The notes beneath the pieces were generated by a model. It did not search any database and was not told where the DNA came from. It saw nothing but the letters and a program-made list of their open reading frames with translations. Below, one piece after another: positions 61,367 to 64,000 of a stretch of DNA of 64,000 nucleotides. The number at the start of each line of letters is the position of its first letter. The first letter of the stretch is position 1. The stretch is from a virus (lineage: Duplodnaviria; Caudoviricetes). Made by a program: the position numbers and the translations under genes. The stretch is from IMG/VR virus record IMGVR_UViG_3300028586_000001, positions 1 through 64,000 of that record; one strand, given 5' to 3'.

Positions 61367-63475
61367 ATGCTAGTTTCCCTCCACATGCAGAAATGGCGAA
61401 AGCACCTGGACAAGGTCATCACGTTCGCTGACGGCCTGAACGCGGTTCGCGGTGCCAACGAGAACGGCAAGACCTCGATGCTGCTGGCCATCGCCTATGC
61501 CCTCTGGGGTGCCAAGGTCCTGCCCCTCCCACTTGCCGAGTTCGTTACCTGGGGCGGTTACACCGAAAAGGATGTCAAGGTCAACTGTGTCATCCGTCAG
61601 GGCGGTCAGTTGTACAGTTTCACCCGTGGCAAGTCTGGCGCCGAGTGCACCCATGACGGTGGCATCGTCACTGGCCAGGATGAAGTCTCGGCCTTCGCCT
61701 CCAAGCTCCTCGGTGCCGATGGCAAACGCGCCATGACCCTCATGTTCGCACCGCAGGGCGAGCTGCGCGGCGCACTCAAGGCAGGTCCCACCGCCATCTC
61801 CGAGTACATCGAAGACATGTCGGGCATGGACCTGTTCGACCGCCTGATGGACGCTATTGGTGAGAAGCTGACCACCGGCCCGACCACCAAGCTCGACAAT
61901 GACGTGTCCGACCTCGAAGGCCGTATCGAAAGCGGTGGGCCGGTCGAGCCTGACCTGTCGGAGCTGCGCGAGAAACAGTTCGACCTGGAGAAGACGTATC
62001 AGGCGTACCAGAGCACCCACAACACTGCCATCGACACCGCCCGGATGGCCAACGATGCCTATACGTCGGCCAAGGCCGCTGCCGATGTCCGTGGTCAGGC
62101 CATGGTCAGCCTGAACCGCGCCGAAGTGAACCGTGACCGGCGCATGGAGCAGCTTGAATCTGACCAAGTTGCTGCCGGTGTCGATGTCGATGAGGCCCGC
62201 ATCACCCAGATCGAGGACATCCTGCGCGACGAACAGGCCCAGGAAGCCACCAGATCGGCCTACAGGGCGTTTTTGAAGCTTCCCACGGTAGAAGACGAGT
62301 GGGCAGGCGACGAAGCGTCCCTGAAGGCTGCTATCGCGTCTGAGCGGTCATCCATCCAAGGCAAGCAGCAGCGCATCAGCTCGATGATGGCTGACATTCG
62401 GGAAGCCAAGGCCAAGTTGACAACGTCTTCGATCTGCGGCTTCTGCGATCAGGACTTGTCCCAGTTCCCAGAAGTGGCCAAGCGCAATGCCGAGATCGAG
62501 GCAGCGGTCGCGCTGAAACAGGCCGACATCACCGAGCTGGAGAAGGACCTGCCGCAGCAACAGTCGGACTACCAGACGATGTGCCTCATCCTTGACACGG
62601 CCGATCCGTTCCATGTGTTCCTGCGCAAGTACGATGCCTACGTCAACACCGACGCCGCTTTCGTACCATCCAAGGTCACTTGGAAGGGCGAAGTCCCGGC
62701 TGCAATGACCGATACTGGTGGTCTCCAGGCCGAGATGGTCAAGTTGAAGAACGCCCTGACCAAGAAGCAGGCCGCTGCCGCCCGGATCAGCCAGACCGAA
62801 GCCGATCTGAAGGCCGACCACGAGCTGGTGGCCGAGTTGAAATCAGCGGTTCCCGCGCCGGTCGATCTGACGGAGCTGGCCGATGCGAAGAAGCAGGCTG
62901 ACGACAGCGTCCGCACCTGGAACACGAACCTGGAGGTCTGCCGCACCGACATCCATCGCGTCGAGACCGCCAAGGCTTCCAAGTGGGCCGAGTACGAGTT
63001 GGCCAAGCGTGCCTTCGCCCAGAACAGTGTGGTCTTGGCCGAGAAGCGCGCTGAGCGGGACACCCTGGTCTTCAACAACACTCTGGTCAAGAAGATCAAG
63101 GCAGCGCGGCCAGTGATCGCCGCTGAGCTGTGGGCGGTGGTGCTGTCGTCGGTGTCGGTCATGTTCACCAACATGCGCGGCGAGCATTCGGTGGTCACCA
63201 AGGGTGCCAAGGGTTTCCTCGTGAACGACCGTCCGTCCGAAGGCTTGTCCGGCAGCGCACTGGACTTGCTGGGCTTTGCCATCCGTGTGGCCATGCTCAA
63301 AACCTTTATCCCAACGTGCTCGTTCCTGATCCTGGACGAAGCTACGTCGGCCTGCGATGATGACCGCACGGCCTCGCTGATGGGTTTCATTGCATCGGCA
63401 GGCTTTCCCCAGACCTTGCTGGTCACTCACGAAGCTGCGGCAGAAGCCGTTGCTGACAACGTCATTATGATTTAA
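61367..63475 (+). CDS. sbcC: SbcC/Rad50-like SMC ATPase
   Basis: GANENGKT Walker A, coiled coil, CGFC zinc hook, LSGS signature, LILDE Walker B, VTH H-loop. Confidence 0.88.
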   Translation: MLVSLHMQKWRKHLDKVITFADGLNAVRGANENGKTSMLLAIAYALWGAKVLPLPLAEFVTWGGYTEKDVKVNCVIRQGGQLYSFTRGKSGAECTHDGGIVTGQDEVSAFASKLLGADGKRAMTLMFAPQGELRGALKAGPTAISEYIEDMSGMDLFDRLMDAIGEKLTTGPTTKLDNDVSDLEGRIESGGPVEPDLSELREKQFDLEKTYQAYQSTHNTAIDTARMANDAYTSAKAAADVRGQAMVSLNRAEVNRDRRMEQLESDQVAAGVDVDEARITQIEDILRDEQAQEATRSAYRAFLKLPTVEDEWAGDEASLKAAIASERSSIQGKQQRISSMMADIREAKAKLTTSSICGFCDQDLSQFPEVAKRNAEIEAAVALKQADITELEKDLPQQQSDYQTMCLILDTADPFHVFLRKYDAYVNTDAAFVPSKVTWKGEVPAAMTDTGGLQAEMVKLKNALTKKQAAAARISQTEADLKADHELVAELKSAVPAPVDLTELADAKKQADDSVRTWNTNLEVCRTDIHRVETAKASKWAEYELAKRAFAQNSVVLAEKRAERDTLVFNNTLVKKIKAARPVIAAELWAVVLSSVSVMFTNMRGEHSVVTKGAKGFLVNDRPSEGLSGSALDLLGFAIRVAMLKTFIPTCSFLILDEATSACDDDRTASLMGFIASAGFPQTLLVTHEAAAEAVADNVIMI

Positions 63476-63483
63476 GGAGCTAC

Positions 63484-63729
63484 ATGGCACAGTCGATTTA
63501 CATTTACGGTCCTGCTGGTTGCGGGAAGACCACGAATTCCGAGAAGCTGCGCAAGTACTTCAAGCAGGGCCGGGTCGTGGACGACTACAACTCCGGTGCC
63601 ACATTGGTGACCGATTACGGGGACCTTGTCCTCGGCATCGGCGCTGCCAACGGGCCAAAGGGCATTCGCCGCATGAGCTACTGGGAGGCGGCGCGTGCTG
63701 CTGGCATTCCTTTGAAGGAGAAACTATGA
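63484..63729 (+). CDS. Minimal P-loop protein
   Basis: IYIYGPAGCGKTT, AAGGAG RBS, only 81 aa. Confidence 0.6.
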   Translation: MAQSIYIYGPAGCGKTTNSEKLRKYFKQGRVVDDYNSGATLVTDYGDLVLGIGAANGPKGIRRMSYWEAARAAGIPLKEKL

Positions 63730-64000
63730 CCACCTGTAACGTACCACCAGAGGGCTGGACCTGTTCCCGCGCTGCTGGCCACCCCGGTCCGTGCGCAGCG
63801 CGGCCCAGCGTGCAGTCCGTCATCGAAGAATGGTTCGAGGAACTTGGTATCGACATCGGTGTCAGGGATTCTGAGCACCTGACCGCCAAGTTGACTGAGT
63901 GCTTCGCCCCATTGGTGCCCGACGCCGACGAGCTGATGCGCATGCGCCGGTTGATGAAGGCACTGGGCCACGATGACGCTTTCGATCAACCAGCAGAGTA
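63726..64000 (+). CDS. Hypothetical protein, partial (runs off window end)
   Basis: MTTCNVPPEGWTCSRAAGHPGPC, AAGGAG RBS, ATGA overlap. Confidence 0.6.
   Translation, partial: MTTCNVPPEGWTCSRAAGHPGPCAARPSVQSVIEEWFEELGIDIGVRDSEHLTAKLTECFAPLVPDADELMRMRRLMKALGHDDAFDQPAE

Noticed and set aside
1-64000. Stop-codon reassignment
   Set aside because: All conserved genes read through intact in code 11. The polA break is a 1.8-kb insertion, not an in-frame stop.

Overview
A 64-kb segment of a GC-rich (roughly 60% by eye) tailed dsDNA phage genome, probably a long-tailed siphovirus with lambda-like packaging. A proteobacterial host is inferred from sigma70 promoters, a TraR-like gene and codon style. 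There are two divergent arms. The minus strand (1-15.8 kb) carries the virion module: partial tape measure, frameshifted G/GT tail chaperones, tail tube, neck and adaptor proteins, major capsid, decoration, scaffold, S49 protease, portal and GpA-type terminase, plus small membrane proteins. A repeat-rich, largely non-coding hinge (15.8-18.7 kb) holds a lambda-cos-like 12-mer, iterated motifs, a (GCCACT)16 microsatellite, a G-quadruplex motif, one strongly promoted gene and a tetO-like palindrome. The plus strand carries about 50 small early ORFs (18.7-37 kb), including a degenerate HNH, an acidic antirestriction-like protein and a J-domain protein. A DNA-metabolism block follows (37-64 kb): ParB coupled to a Spo11/TopoVI-A-like protein, a KTSC-dUTPase fusion, SNF2 helicase, AEP primase-helicase, DEDDh exonuclease, dNTP diphosphohydrolase, TraR/DksA, Pol I, resolvase, class II RNR, ATP ligase and SbcDC-like nuclease. 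The most striking observation is that Pol I is split inside its proofreading domain, with four tightly packed unrelated ORFs between the halves and no intron or intein signature. All product calls come from recalled motifs, not database searches. No tRNA, CRISPR, integrase or clear lysis cassette was seen.
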